Assembly (NCBI GenBank): GCA_950097015.1
Contig: CATNEN010000038.1
Coordinates: forward strand, 7,316,001 to 7,380,000
Length of the DNA stretch: 64,000 nt
Direction: 5' to 3'
Origin: Macrostomum hystrix
Taxonomy: Eukaryota > Animalia > Platyhelminthes
Below the pieces are notes generated by a model. That model was not told where the DNA came from and did not search any database. It saw nothing but the letters and a program-made list of their open reading frames with translations. The position numbers and the translations under genes were made by a program. How positions within the stretch are numbered: position 1 is the stretch's first letter; each line of letters starts with the position of its first letter. Positions 37,629 through 49,860 of this stretch are shown here, piece after piece.

Positions 37629-40490
37629 TCAGTGCCGCTTTGCGGCCGACGCTTCCACCTGGCGTTTTCGCACCTGGAAGCCGCGGAAGCCGGCCTGAAT
37701 TTTTGCCGCCGCCGCCGCTTCCTCGGAGTCAACATCTTCGACTGCTTCAGCGGTGGCGCCTCCTGCCAAGCGGGCTAGCAGCCTCTCAACCGCGGCCTTA
37801 GCAATGGTCTTATTCTGCTGATTAGCAGCCGACAATGCGTCAGTTTCGTTAAACAGTACGAAGTCAAACAGCGATTTCACCTCCTTGAGAACGTCGTCCA
37901 GCTCTTTGTCGCCAAGCACCTAAATGAAACATTTTTTGGATTTGCGCTACGTTGGACGCGAGAGGAGTGAGGTTGGTGAGAGGAGTGGGTGGGTGAAAAG
38001 AGTGAGGTGGGTGAGAGGCGTGAGGTGGGTAAAGCGAGTGAGGTGGGTGAGAGGAGTGATGTGGGTGTGAGGAGTGAGGTGGGAGAGATGAGAGAGGCGG
38101 GTAAGAGGAGTGGGGTGGGTGAAAGGAGTGAGCTGGAGAACTTACAATGCAGAGCAGCCCAGCCTCGTCGAAGTGTTGAACCACTGGCAGCGTCTCCTCC
38201 TTGAAGCGGCGCATTCGCTGCGCTGCGGTATCAGCCGACTGCGGCCCCGCTTCCGCCAGGCGTTCTAGCATGTCCGCCTCGTGACAGTCGATCAGAACCG
38301 CCAGGTCCGGGGCTCCCAGGCTGGCGTACAGAGCACGAACGGTTTCCTCAGTCTCAGGAAATCCCTAAGAAATATGTGCGAATTGAAGCTCTTAAATTGG
38401 TACCAGCATCAGCTGGTGTAATTGTGTGGCGTCCCCCCAGTCCATGGACTGAACAGCCGGACAAGTGCAATCAAAAAAAATTATTTTATTATGCTTTAGC
38501 TTTTTATCAAAAGATGATTGTTGGATTTTAATGGGAAAAATACCTCAACATTTCTATCTCCGCAGTGTACTTTCGGGGAAACCATCCTCTTAAACATTTC
38601 TTAAGAAACATTTTCTTTAACGTTTCCCGCCCTTCTTCTCGTTGTATTCCTTGAATCCACCTCATCCTCCGACAACTCCCTCTCCCAGAATCGGCTGAGA
38701 CTATTAATGCCAGCGAAATGTTCACCTTCACAACAATGGGCTTGTTCTCAGAAACAGCCTCTTCCAGCCTGGCCAGTGCTTTATCAGTGTCATCGCCGCA
38801 GTCCGCCAAGTCCACGATGCTCAGATCGCTGTTCAGCCGGCCGAGGCGCTGCAGGCAGGAGCTTCGACCGCTGCCCGGACCGCCCAGCAGCACAGCCAGT
38901 GGCGGCCTGGCATTGCGGACAGCCGGCTGGCCCAGATTGGTCAGCTGGCGAATGCTGGCCACACCCTGGCTGACTTTGCTACTCGGCTTCGTCTCCGGCT
39001 TCGACGAAGTCAGCAGAACGTCGAGCACGCGGACCGCCTCTTCGCCGACAGAGTCATCGCCGGCGCCAGGATCCACTGGCAGCACCAGCAGTTTGCCATC
39101 GTCGTCAAGAACTCGGCAGGCCGGCAGGCAGGCGGATTTGAAGGCCGAGATGCGGCGGGCGATACCGCCGGGCTGGTCCGCGTGCTCAGCCAGCAGGCGC
39201 TGCTGCAGGCTCGACTCCTCGTGGTCCAGCAGCAGGGCGTGGTCCACCCGGTATATCTGCGAATAGGTTCAGAGCAGGGGGGCAGCAGGTAAGGCTGGCA
39301 TCACTGCTCGCACTCGCTACTACTATTAGTAGAAGTTCTCAATTGTCTCACGTGTTCCAGATAATCCTCCAGCTGGCGCAGACTTCTCGGATAGCCTTCA
39401 ATGACGAGGCCACCGCACGGGCCGCTGGCCGCGGCCTCATTTACGGCGCCGATCACGGCGGCTAGCGCCACATCGTCTGGCGCCATTTCGCCGTCCACCG
39501 CTCGTAGCAGGGAGCCGGCGCTGACTACCTTGTAGCCGTAGCGATCGGCGATGAACCGGGCGACGCTCGCCTTACCGCTGCCGGGGCCGCCGATGACCAG
39601 AAGGACTGGACAGTCCAACTCCCTGGCCAGCTTAGGAGCGGCATCGCCAGCTGCGGTGGTGGATCCGATTGGCGGCAGCACCGGCTTCTTGTCGAACAGC
39701 GAGTCTGCGCGAGATGAGGCTGCGGGTGTTTCGTCGGGTTTAGTGAGTTCTGCAATTAGACTACAGAACTAGAGGAGTGATGTAGGTAGGATGGGTGAGT
39801 TAAGTCAGTGGAGAGAGGTTGGCGAGTGGAGTGTGGTTGGCGGGTGGAGTGAGGTTGGCGAGTGGAGTGAGGTTGGTGGGTGGAGTGAGGTTGGCGAGTG
39901 GAGTGAGGTTGGCGGTTGGAGTGAGGTTGGCGAGTGGAGTGTGGTTGGCGGGTGGAGTGAGGTTGGCGAGTGTAGTGAGGTTGGTGGGTGGAGTGAGGTT
40001 GGCGAGTGGAGTGAGGTTAACGGTTGGAGTGAGGTTGGCGAGTGGAATGTGGTGGGTGAGTGAGAGTAATTGGGTGGGCGTATTTAGCTCGTGAGCAAGA
40101 ATAAATGAATAAGGCGAGTTTTTGAGGCTGTTAAAACTTCAATAAGGCCCACCTCGGCTGGAAGTTGGCCGACTGCTCCTTTGTAGTGGAGTGACTGGTG
40201 GCAGCGGTGTCTTGGCCCGCTTGGCCTCCAGGAACAGGTCCCAGCGCACACTCGACACACCCTTGGCCTTGATCTTCTCCAGGCAGTCCTGCAGGTAAGC
40301 CACATGATCGCTAGGCCGGTGGTACATAAGACCAGTCATTAGGCACTGCGAATTATCGTGAAACAAAAATAAATTGCATTGCAATTTTACTATTATTAAC
40401 AAAGAGAAAAGAATATATCGGCATACAATAACACACCTCAAAAAGCTGGGGAATTTCCCTTTTGGTGATGTAGTCTTTGGCATCAGACAT
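37629..40490 (-). CDS. Adenylate kinase 5-like protein (N-terminal docking domain, two AK-like domains, C-terminal IQ motif); exons 40437-40490, 40153-40345, 39352-39749, 38726-39256, 38146-38364, 37629-37919
   Basis: MSDAKDYITKREIPQLFE-CLMTGLMYHRPSDHVAYLQDCL (AK5-type N-terminus), P-loops GGPGSGK and GGPGSGR, EGYPR and GFP motifs, and AAAKIQAGFRGFQVRK; all splice phases consistent. Confidence 0.88.
37962..38132. repeat. Degenerate 18-bp GA/GT-rich repeat in AK intron
   Basis: GAGGAGTGAGGTGGGTGA-like units. Confidence 0.8.
39800..40060. repeat. 18-bp repeat (GGAGTGAGGTTGGCGAGT)n in AK intron
   Basis: Direct periodicity. Confidence 0.9.
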
Positions 40491-41659
40491 TATTTATTTT
40501 CTCTGAAAATGTACGGTTTTGTGCATAAAGAGAAAAGAATCAAGTGCATTACCAGCGTTTTATTTTTTATAAATCCTAAATAAAAACAGTTCAAAAATAC
40601 AAGTCTGTCATGTCGTTAAATAAAAAATTTAAAGCTTATGCAGTCACTTTAAAAATACACTTATAAATAATTAAAAATGTTTCTACATAAAAAGATACAC
40701 CTAATAAACTATAAAACCAAGCATAATTTGCATTTTATAATCTTTTTTTTCTAATGCTGTTTTTGCAGTTTTATTAAAACAATTTTCTTTGCATAGTTTA
40801 TCATCTTATGTGAATATTTTTTCCAATCAAAACTATTGCAGTCAAAAATAAAATAAGCATTCTAACTTAATTATATAGGACTAACTAATACCATAAACAA
40901 ATGATTTATAATTTTATTCACTTCATATAAAAATAATAGACTATTTATATAAAAACAGCGAAATAATGAAAAAACGGTCTTAAATATTGAATCAAATAAA
41001 GCAAAGAAGCGAATATCTAATTCAATATTGCAAATTAGTAGATTTGTTCGTTAAAATGTTAATTGTATTATTTTTAAAAGACTGCTAAACAGCCACACTT
41101 TTACAGACTAAAAGTTTAGTTCTACGAAGTGATCCAACTTCATTTCTTTTGTGTCAAGTGATGGAAATAAAAATACATGACATCTACAAAGTACAAAAAG
41201 TTAGTAAACGTTTCAGTAAAGTTATAAAAACAAGGAAATTCTGTTTTCTGTTTGCTTGTTTCGAAAAATGATCTGCTCTAAAATTAAATGTTTCGGTTAT
41301 CCAGCCCCTTTAAAGTTAGGCTCGGTTGTTAAGGAGAAACTTGATTAATAATTATATAAAGTTTTAAAGACATAACAAAATAAACATTTCTAAAGGCGCA
41401 TAATTTTTCGTTTTCGTTTAGCTTACAAGAAGAAAAGCTAAATATTATCTTTGTTTTACTAAATGTTTTGCAACTATTTCTAAATTCCTTTTTTAACTAC
41501 AAAATGGCAACAAACTGATCAGTTGATTTTAACGGAAACATCAAATGTTAGCTGAATAATTAACCCGTACATTATTATGTAAGCACCGGCTCTTCTTCCA
41601 TTATAGTCACCCAGTCGAACGTTAGCAAGCATTTTCGCAAACTAAAATATGCAAGGTCC

Positions 41660-41803
41660 AACCTCCAAGGCACAGACGTGCTGTTTGCGTGTGTGCTCAG
41701 GTGTTAGCGGAATGGGCAGAATTGCCTCCTCGCTGGCTGCAGGTCTAGTGTCACCAAATGATGTGAAATTGCCCACCTAGCCCTCCTGTAATAGTATTAT
41801 TAT
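41660..41803 (+). mobile_element. SINE family B 3' fragment
   Basis: ATGGGCAGAATTGCCTCCTCGCTGGCTG...GCCCTCCTG plus ATT tail. Confidence 0.8.
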
Positions 41804-42571
41804 CAACTAAAATGTGCTATATCAATATACTAATGTTACGTGTAGATTTATACGTACTGAATGTACGTATCCGTACATCTATCCCCAATGCAAGTCAATG
41901 ATTTTCATGTAGTGTGAGCCTTACAGTTAAAGAGTAAATACATATAATGAGATAAGAACCTCATAGCTTCAACAACTCCAAAAAACTGTTGTTCCGTCCT
42001 CTTATTTAATTTTCGTTATTACATGTAGCCATTCGAAGTAGCGCAGCACAGGTTCACGCTATGATCATGGACATGCATTATGCTGCATCGGATCAGTCAA
42101 ACGCTACATTCGCATCCATTTACTGATATTTACCTCCATCCGTACTGAATAAGTTTCGTTATGCAAAAGTAGCGAATTCAGTTGAGTTTTATCTGCAAAC
42201 TGCAATCGCGAAATTGCCGCCTAATTTTCAGTCACTCATGGATCTTCAAAAAGCGCAGCAATCTTCTTGAGATCCGGAATTCCTCCCAAAGAAAAATCAT
42301 ACAAGTTTTCATAAACTGAACAACTTGCAAGTTAGAAAGTGAGCTGAATTTCTTACAAAAAAGTTGTGGTCGAGCTAAATTTCTTCGCAATTTCCTTCAG
42401 TCGAGGGTGCTCAGAAAACAATTGTGTGCAATGGGTTAATATTACACGACTGCGAGCAATGTCAAGTTCTTGTTGACTCAGCCATTATCAGTTAATATCT
42501 GTAAAACGATCGGACCAAACATGTATAAACATTTTATATCTTATACATTTTATACATTTTACATGTATAAA

Positions 42572-43400
42572 CTCTGTCTCCTCTGTCTCCTCTTTCTCCT
42601 CTGTCTCATCTGTCTCATCTGTCTCATCTGTCTCCTCTGTCTCATCTGTCTCATCTGTCTCATCTGTCTCCTCTGTCTCATCTGTCTCCTCTGTCTCATC
42701 TGTCTCCTCTGTCTCATCTGTCTCATCTGTCTCCTCTGTCTCATCTGTCTCATCTGTCTCCTCTTTCTCCTCTGTCTCCTCTGTCTCTTCTGTCTCATCT
42801 GTCTCATCTGTCTCATCTGTCTCATCTGTCTCATCTGTCTCCTCTGTCTCATCTGTCTCCTCTGTCTCATCTGTCTCATCTGTCTCATCTGTCTCCTCTG
42901 TCTCATCTGTCTCCTCTGTCTCATCTGTCTCATCTGTCTCATCTGTCTCATCTGTCTCATCTGTCTCCTCTGTCTCATCTGTCTCCTCTGTCTCATCTGT
43001 CTCATCTGTCTCATCTGTCTCCTCTGTCTCATCTGTCTCATCTGTCTCCTCTTTCTCCTCTGTCTCATCTGTCTCATCTGTCTCATCTGTCTCCTCTGTC
43101 TCATCTGTCTCATCTGTCTCATCTGTCTCCTCTGTCTCATCTGTCTCATCTGTCTCATCTGTCTCCTCTGTCTCATCTGTCTCCTCTGTCTCATCTGTCT
43201 CATCTGTCTCATCTGTCTCATCTGTCTCCTCTGTCTCATCTGTCTCATCTGTCTCCTCTTTCTCCTCTGTCTTATCTGTCTCATCTGTCTCCTCTGTCTC
43301 ATCAGTCTCATCTGTCTCATCAGTCTCATCTGCCTCCTCTGTCTCCTCTGCCTCCTCTGTCTCCTCTGCCTCTTCTTTCTCCCCTGTCTCATCTGTCTTC
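42572..43400. repeat. 9-bp repeat (CTGTCTCAT/CTGTCTCCT)n
   Basis: Direct periodicity; a related unit occurs inverted and diverged at ~2130-2285. Confidence 0.96.
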
Positions 43401-44226
43401 TGTCTGGAAAAATTGAAAAAATTCGGACAAATAAATTAGAAAAGTAATTCATTTTTCTGTCCAATCTTGCTTTAGTGATCCGAATGCCACTTAATTTATA
43501 TTAACTATTTCTATTATCCATCCGTTCTTAAAACTTTGCTATCGAATATTTGCTTTAACTAATTATTTGAGTATAAATTTCTTCATTCCAAAGTTGTACA
43601 GGATTCTCCTTGCGTCCGTCACTGACTGACGGTTCCAGGCCAGTGACTTGGAAAATAAACAGCATTGAACGGAAACTTCCAATGCATCCCATGAGACAAG
43701 ACAGACACACATCGAGACTGCTCTAATAATAGCGACTCTCGTAGCTTTCCAAGTTCGGAGAAATACTGTACTAATCTGGGCGGATTAACTCGGGGGATTT
43801 GGGATTAAGATTTTGAAATCCAATTATCCTCGGACTCCTTAACAGAGCGGTTCGAAGTTCAACTCTGAGTTACAGAGAACTGAGCTGGCGGTCCATGGAC
43901 TTAACAGCTGTACACAGCCGTTCGAAGTGGCGCGTACTTGAAATGCCACTGGCTGTACACGTGACCCTTCTGCTAGGTAATGTAACGTTGCTGTAAATAT
44001 AAGCACAAAAATAAGTCTTTAAGTCTGATTGTTTAAATAAATTAGCCAAGCACTCCCAAAAGTTGCTATTTTTGCACCCCTGTCGTGCCTAGGCCTAATT
44101 TTTTATTTGTTGCAAATTTTCTTTTGCTCTTAATTTTTACAGCACAATTAAACACATAAAAACTGTTTGCTTTAAGTTCCAAAGGAAATTGTGTCACATT
44201 GCACTCGTCAACTGGGTGTGACAACT

Positions 44227-45506
44227 CTAGCGCTTTCTATAGTCGGCGAATCGCTTTCGAAAATCGGCGAATCGCTTGTAATCGGCGAATCTTTTTCTGT
44301 AATCGGCGAATCTTTTTCTGTAATTGGCGAATCGCTTGACATTCGCAGTGGCCTCCGCTGACTCGTCAAGTCGATCAGATAGTTCGGCCAGGTAATCAGG
44401 CTTCTCTAGAGTAGATTGATGAATTGATCTACTAATTTATAGACTGATTCACTGATACACTAACAAATAAAAAATTAGATTGGTTGATCTCCCATCACTC
44501 CTTATGTCTTATCTCCCATCACTCCTCATACCTTATCTCCCATCACTCCTCATACCTTATCTCCAATCACTCATCATACCTTATCTCCCATCACTCATCA
44601 TACCTTATCTCCCATCACTCCTCATACCTTATCTCCCATCACTCCTCATACCTTATCTCCCATCACTCCTCATACCTTATCTCCCATCACTCCTCATACC
44701 TTATCTCCAATCACTCATCATACCTTATCTCCCATCACTCCTCATACCTTATCTCCCATCACTCCTCATACCTTATCTCCCATCACTCCTCATACCTTAT
44801 CTCCCATCACTCCTCATACCTTATCTCCCATCACTCCTTATGTCTTATCTCCCATCACTCCTCATACCTTATCTCCCATCACTCGTCATACCTTATCTCC
44901 AATCACTCCTCATACCTTATCTCCCATCACTCCTTATGTCTTATCTCCCATCACTCCTCATGTACCTTATCTCATCTCCCATCACTCCTCATACCTTATC
45001 TCCCATCACTCCTTATGTCTTATCTTCCATCACTCCTCATACCTTATCTCCAATCACTCCTCATACCTTATCTCCCATCACTCCTCATACCTTATCTCCC
45101 ATCACTCCTCATACCTTATCTCCCATCACTCATCATACCTTATCTCCCATCACTCCTCATACCTTATCTCCCATCACTCCTCATACCTTATCTCCCATCA
45201 CTCCTCATACCTTATCTCCCATCACTCCTCATACCTTATCTCCCATCACTCCTCATACCTTATCTCCCATCACTCCTCATGCCTTATCTCCCATCACTCC
45301 TCATACCTTATCTCCCATCACTCCTCATGCCTTATCTCCCATCACTCCTACTCTCTTGATAAATTGATAACCAGATTTCCAGATAGATTACTAGATTGAT
45401 AAGGCGCTAATATCGATTTAGTCTCACCCTGACGCCGCTCATTGCTGCCTGCATCGACTGTAAGTAGAACAGCGGCCGCAAGTAGGCAGAAAAACTTCAA
45501 ACTCAT
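44227..45506 (-). CDS. Neuropeptide prohormone (85 aa) encoding FANY, 3x FADY and FADF; exons 45428-45506 and 44227-44405
   Basis: MSLKFFCLLAAAVLLTVDAGSNERRQ|EKPDYLAELSDRLDESAEATANV-KR-FANY-RKR-FADY-RKR-FADY-KR-FADF-RKR-FADY-RKR*. Phase-1 intron GTGAGA...CTCTAG; synonymous codon variation between repeats. Confidence 0.88.
44488..45350. repeat. 24-bp minisatellite (CTTATCTCCCATCACTCCTCATAC)n filling the prohormone intron
   Basis: ~35 copies. Confidence 0.96.
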
Positions 45507-45956
45507 GACGCCTTTTTTTGCTCTTGGCTCGATATTTTTCAATGCACTGGACATTGTTGAAAGCGGATGTTGAGGCATTTTTGGCATGATAATCGTAGCT
45601 ATTTCATGTAAATTTATATTGCATGAAAATAATAAAAACACCTTGGTCATTCTACTGTGAGAAAAAGATTTTAGAAGTCTTTTTCAGTACTTTAATTTTT
45701 TACTGGCTCGAGAGAGTTGGCTCAAGAGAATCTATGCTGCTATCAAAGACCAACTCGTGTGCCTGGACAGACACTCAGCTGTCCATCAAGGACCCCCTTC
45801 AAACGTTCGTGTCAGGGGATTAAGCTTCCCCATCCGTCTCACCTGATAGACTCAGAGCTTAATTATTACCGAGTCAACTGAGATATTTTTGCTTTTACAG
45901 CTAAACAGGCGTGCCGTTTTTCTGTTCCGCTTTTTGCGGCTAATTGCTCCGAAATG

Positions 45957-48692
45957 CTAAGAGGGTGCGCCTGCGGAGGGTGAAGGTGGTGTGGGAGGAC
46001 CAGATACGCTTTGTGCAACTGGAAAAGAGAAGAAATATAACGACAGATCTCTAGAGCAACCATTTAACATTTTATTGAAAACGTGCTTTCTTCGCGAACT
46101 AAAAAGCTAAAAAAAACTGCTGAAATGCAAGCGGCAACAGGCTGAGTTTCAAGCTAATTCGCATGCTGGTAAAATGGGAGGGATGGAGAGATGGGAGATT
46201 TGCGAGGAGAATGTATAGATGACAAGGAAGAGATGGGAGATAAAGAAGGAGGAGAGATGGAAGATAAGGGAGGGGAGATGGGAGAGATGGGAGGAGAGAT
46301 GGGAGATAAGGAAGGAGGAGAGATGGGAGATAAGGAAGTAGGAGAGATGGGAGATAAGGAAGGAGGAGAGATGGGAGATAAGGAAGTAGGAGAGATGGGA
46401 GATAAGGAAGGAGGAGAGATGGGAGATAAGGAAGTAGGAGAGATGGGAGATAAGGAAGTAGGAGAGATGGGAGATAAGGAAGGAGGAGAGATGGGAGATA
46501 AGGAAGGAGGAGAGATGGGAGATAAGGAAGTAGGAGAGATGGGAGATAAGGGAGGAGGAGAGATGGGCGATAAGGAAGGAGGAGAGATGGGAGATAAGGG
46601 AGGAGGAGAGATGGGCGATAAGGAAGGAGGAGAGATGGGAGATAAGGAAGGTGGAGAGATGGGAGATAAGGAAGGTGGAGAGATGGGAGATAAGGGAGGA
46701 GGAGAGATGGGAGATAAGGTAGGAGGAGAGATGTGGGATATACTGAGGAAGCACGAAGCACAGAGCAGCTCTTGATTGTCGCAGATCATGGAATAGTCAT
46801 AAAAGTCGCAGTTGAACAGCCAGTTGCAGTTGCTATGGCACTGGGTGGGGCGTGTTTTTACAACGCTTTCGACTGGAAGTAAATTTTTACAACTTGCCAA
46901 AGTCATAATTTTTTCGTGCCGCATTAATAATGAAATCTAGCTGGTACAGAAACCACTGAATACCCACTTTTTCTCCAACCGCAGTAAAAATGGCGCATAT
47001 CTTTTCAGAGCAAAGCATAAAGCAATTTATTATGCGTAAATTGATCATATTGCCAACTGAGCTTTGATTAGTCAGGTCTTAGTTAAACCTTCAAGAAGGA
47101 AGGATTCCGATATGTACGGCTATGAACAAAATGGAATCTAGTATCATAGAAGTTCTAGGAAACAAGGAGACGGGTCGTTGAGATTCTAAGAAACAATGAG
47201 AGATATTGTTGAGATTCTAAGAAACAATGAGAGATTTTGTTGAGATTCTAAGAAACGATGAGAGAGATTGTTGAGATTCTAAGAAACAATGAGATATATT
47301 GTTGAGATTCTAAGAAACGATGAGAGAGATTGTTGAGATTCTAAGAAACGATGAGAGACATTGTTGAGATTCTAAGAAACGATGAGAGAGATTGTTTAGA
47401 TTCTAAGAGGCGATGAGGGAGAGCTTCTGAGATTCTAAGAAACGATGATGGAAAGCTGCTGAGATTCTAAGAAACGATGAGGGAGAGCTTCTGAGATTCT
47501 AAGAAACGATGAGGGAGAGCTTCTGAGATTCTAAGAAACGATGAGGGAGAGCTTCTGAGATTCTAAGAAACGATGAGGGAGAGCTTCTGAGATTCTAAGA
47601 AACGATGATGGAAAGCTGCTGAGATTCTAAGAAACGATGAGGGAGAGCTTCTGAGATTCTAAGAAACGATGAGGGAGAGCTTCTGAGATTCTAAGAAACG
47701 ATGAGGGAGAGCTTCTGAGATTCTAAGAAACGATGAGGGAGAGCTGCTGAGATTCTAAGAAACAATGAGGGAGAGCTTCTGAGATTCTAAGAAACGATGA
47801 GGGAGAGCTTCTGAGATTCTAAGAAACGATGAGGGAGAGCTGCTGAGATTCTAAGAAACAATGAGGGAGAGCTTCTGAGATTCTAAGAAACGATGAGGGA
47901 GAGCTTTTGAGATTCTAAGAAACGATGATGGAAAGCTGCTGAGATTCTAAGAAACGATGAGGGAGAGCTTCTGAGATTCTAAGAAACGATGAGGGAGAGC
48001 TTCTGAGATTCTAAGAAACGATGAGGGAGAGCTTCTGAGATTCTAAGAAACAATGAGGGAGAGCTTCTGAGATTCTAAGAAACAATGAGGGAGAGCTGCT
48101 GAGATTCTAAGAAACGATGAGGGAGAGCTTCTGAGATTCTAAGAAACAATGAGGGAGAGCTGCTGAGATTCTAAGAAACAATGAGGGAGAGCTGCTGAGA
48201 TTCTAAGAAACGATGAGGGAGAGCTTCTGAGATTCTAAGAAACAATGAGGGAGAGCTGCTGAGATTCTAAGAAACAATGAGGGAGAGCTGCTGAGATTCT
48301 AAGAAACAATGAGGGAGAGCTGCTGAGATTCTAAGAAACGATGAGGGAGAGCTCTTCTGAGATTCTAAGAAACGATGAGGGAGAGCTGCTGAGATTCTAA
48401 GAAACGATGAGGGAGAGCTGCTGAGATTCTAAGAAACGATGAGGGAGAGCTGCTGAGATTCTAAGAAACGATGAGGGAGAGCTCTTCTGAGATTCTAAGA
48501 AACGATGAGGGAGAGCTTCTGAGATTGACAGTGACAGTTGGGGTTTAAAGAAGCGAAGATTGAGACTGAAATTTGAACCATAAAATACATTTGCCAGTTA
48601 AGTTAATATTTCTGTTGCTTACCTTTGCAGATTCGAACTATGCCCCTCCTGTAGCAGATATAAGGTGCTGCTGAGCGCGAATTTCGCTGCTC
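45957..48692 (-). CDS. Putative small Cys-rich protein (PAN/apple-like Cys spacing); exons 48623-48692, 46744-46872, 45957-46018; start not found
   Basis: Three phase-compatible GT-AG exons give EQRNSRSAAPYICYRRGIVRICKVESVVKTRPTQCHSNCNWLFNCDFYDYSMICDNQELLCASCFLIAQSVSGPPTPPSPSAGAPS*; both introns are minisatellite-filled. Confidence 0.5.
46188..46735. repeat. 24-bp minisatellite (GGAGAGATGGGAGATAAGGAAGGA)n
   Basis: ~22 copies; the reverse complement is related to the 44488-45350 unit. Confidence 0.95.
47150..48526. repeat. ~32-bp minisatellite (GAGATTCTAAGAAACGATGAGGGAGAGCTTCT)n
   Basis: ~42 copies; left units more diverged. Confidence 0.96.
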
Positions 48693-48915
48693 CTAGTGTC
48701 TGAGACTCTAATAGAAAGTTAAAGCGAAGCGAGCTCTCCAATCCTGACCAATCAGAGTTTGAGCGCATTGGAAAAAGGTTTTGGATTTGGACTTTTAGGT
48801 GAAATTATATCTCTCTTGGAAGAAATCCGTTTTTTACATTCAGTCATTCAGTACCTTCTGATTGGAATGCTATGAAAATGCTGACTTTATTTTAAGTAAA
48901 TAAACTTGTTAATTT

Positions 48916-49860
48916 TCAGGAAGTTGAAGAAGTCTCATCAACGGAGAGCTTCTGGCGGGGCAAGTAATTCTCCCTGCAAAGCTGCTTTACCTGCTCCAAA
49001 AACGGATGCATCTTTGCCAAAGGTTCATCAGCGAGTGGGGCTGCAGTGTCATAGAATCTCAGGCAGGAAAGAATTTGCTTAAAGCGATCTCTCGACAGAG
49101 AGAACGACTGAGCTAGAAAGCCACAGTGAAACACGGAATCACCGGACCAGTAGTGGGCCAGCTCCGGCTTCTGGTCGATGCCCATGAGCAGTATAATGCC
49201 AATAAGCTTGCGCATTTCATCAGTTGAGCAATCCTTCTAATTCAATATGATTTTGGGGACAGCATCCAATGTCTCGCATTCTTGAAAAATCTTCCAAGCC
49301 TTGTTGTTGGTCCATCTGCGAAGGTTCTCGAACAACTTGACGTCCGGCAAATACAACTTTAGGTAGGCCGACTCATTTCCATCGGCAGTTTCTGGTGGCT
49401 GCCAGTTGGGCCGAACTCCAGTGGTTCCCAGAAACTCGGGGACTGGAGATGGTCTGTTGTCAAGAGTTTCCTGAACGAGCTCCCAATCACCGACTGGGAT
49501 TACAGGGTCTTCATTAATCTCTTCGAAAAGCTCTTTGAAGTCGCTAGCAGATTCATCGTCGGTTACAATGGGTGAATCTAACGCAGAATCTATTTCAGAG
49601 TCAGAACTCATGATGCGTTTTTGCTGTCTTAGTCTGTTGTCGAGAAAATCTCTTTAAAAATTAGGCTTGACAGCCTTAAAAAACAGAGGAACGAAGAGAA
49701 TCTAGTTACTACGTGGCGAATCTGTTTGAAACATGCTTTCAGTCGTGAAGGGTGTGTATGTGAGTTAAAAATTTTCTACCAAAAAAATTCTATGGCACGA
49801 TTTCGGTCCAAGCCGTCAGGAACGGGTGTGTGTGTATAAAAGGGCAGTCATGAAAAGGAT
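48916..49860 (-). mobile_element. 3'-truncated piggyBac (PGBD4-like) transposon remnant
   Basis: Acidic N-terminus and RWTN. An in-frame TAG at 49237 falls where Trp is expected (N*KDCSTDEMRKLIG), then LAHYWS, SRDRFKQILSCLRF and LSVDE (first catalytic Asp), followed by truncation. Terminus-like TTAT-CCTTTTCATGACTG on the minus strand at ~49860. Confidence 0.88.

Noticed and set aside
42134-42192. Possible minus-strand mini-exon (KTQLNSLLLHNETYSVRME)
   Set aside because: The AK gene already starts at 40490, and no partner exon or motif supports it.
42470-43464. Cys/Leu/Ile-rich and Arg/Gln/Met-rich ~300 aa ORFs
   Set aside because: 9-bp simple repeat open on both strands, with no splice context or synonymous pattern.
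44480-46924. PYLPSLL, ISHHSSY and MGDKEGGE repeat ORFs
   Set aside because: 24-bp intronic satellites.
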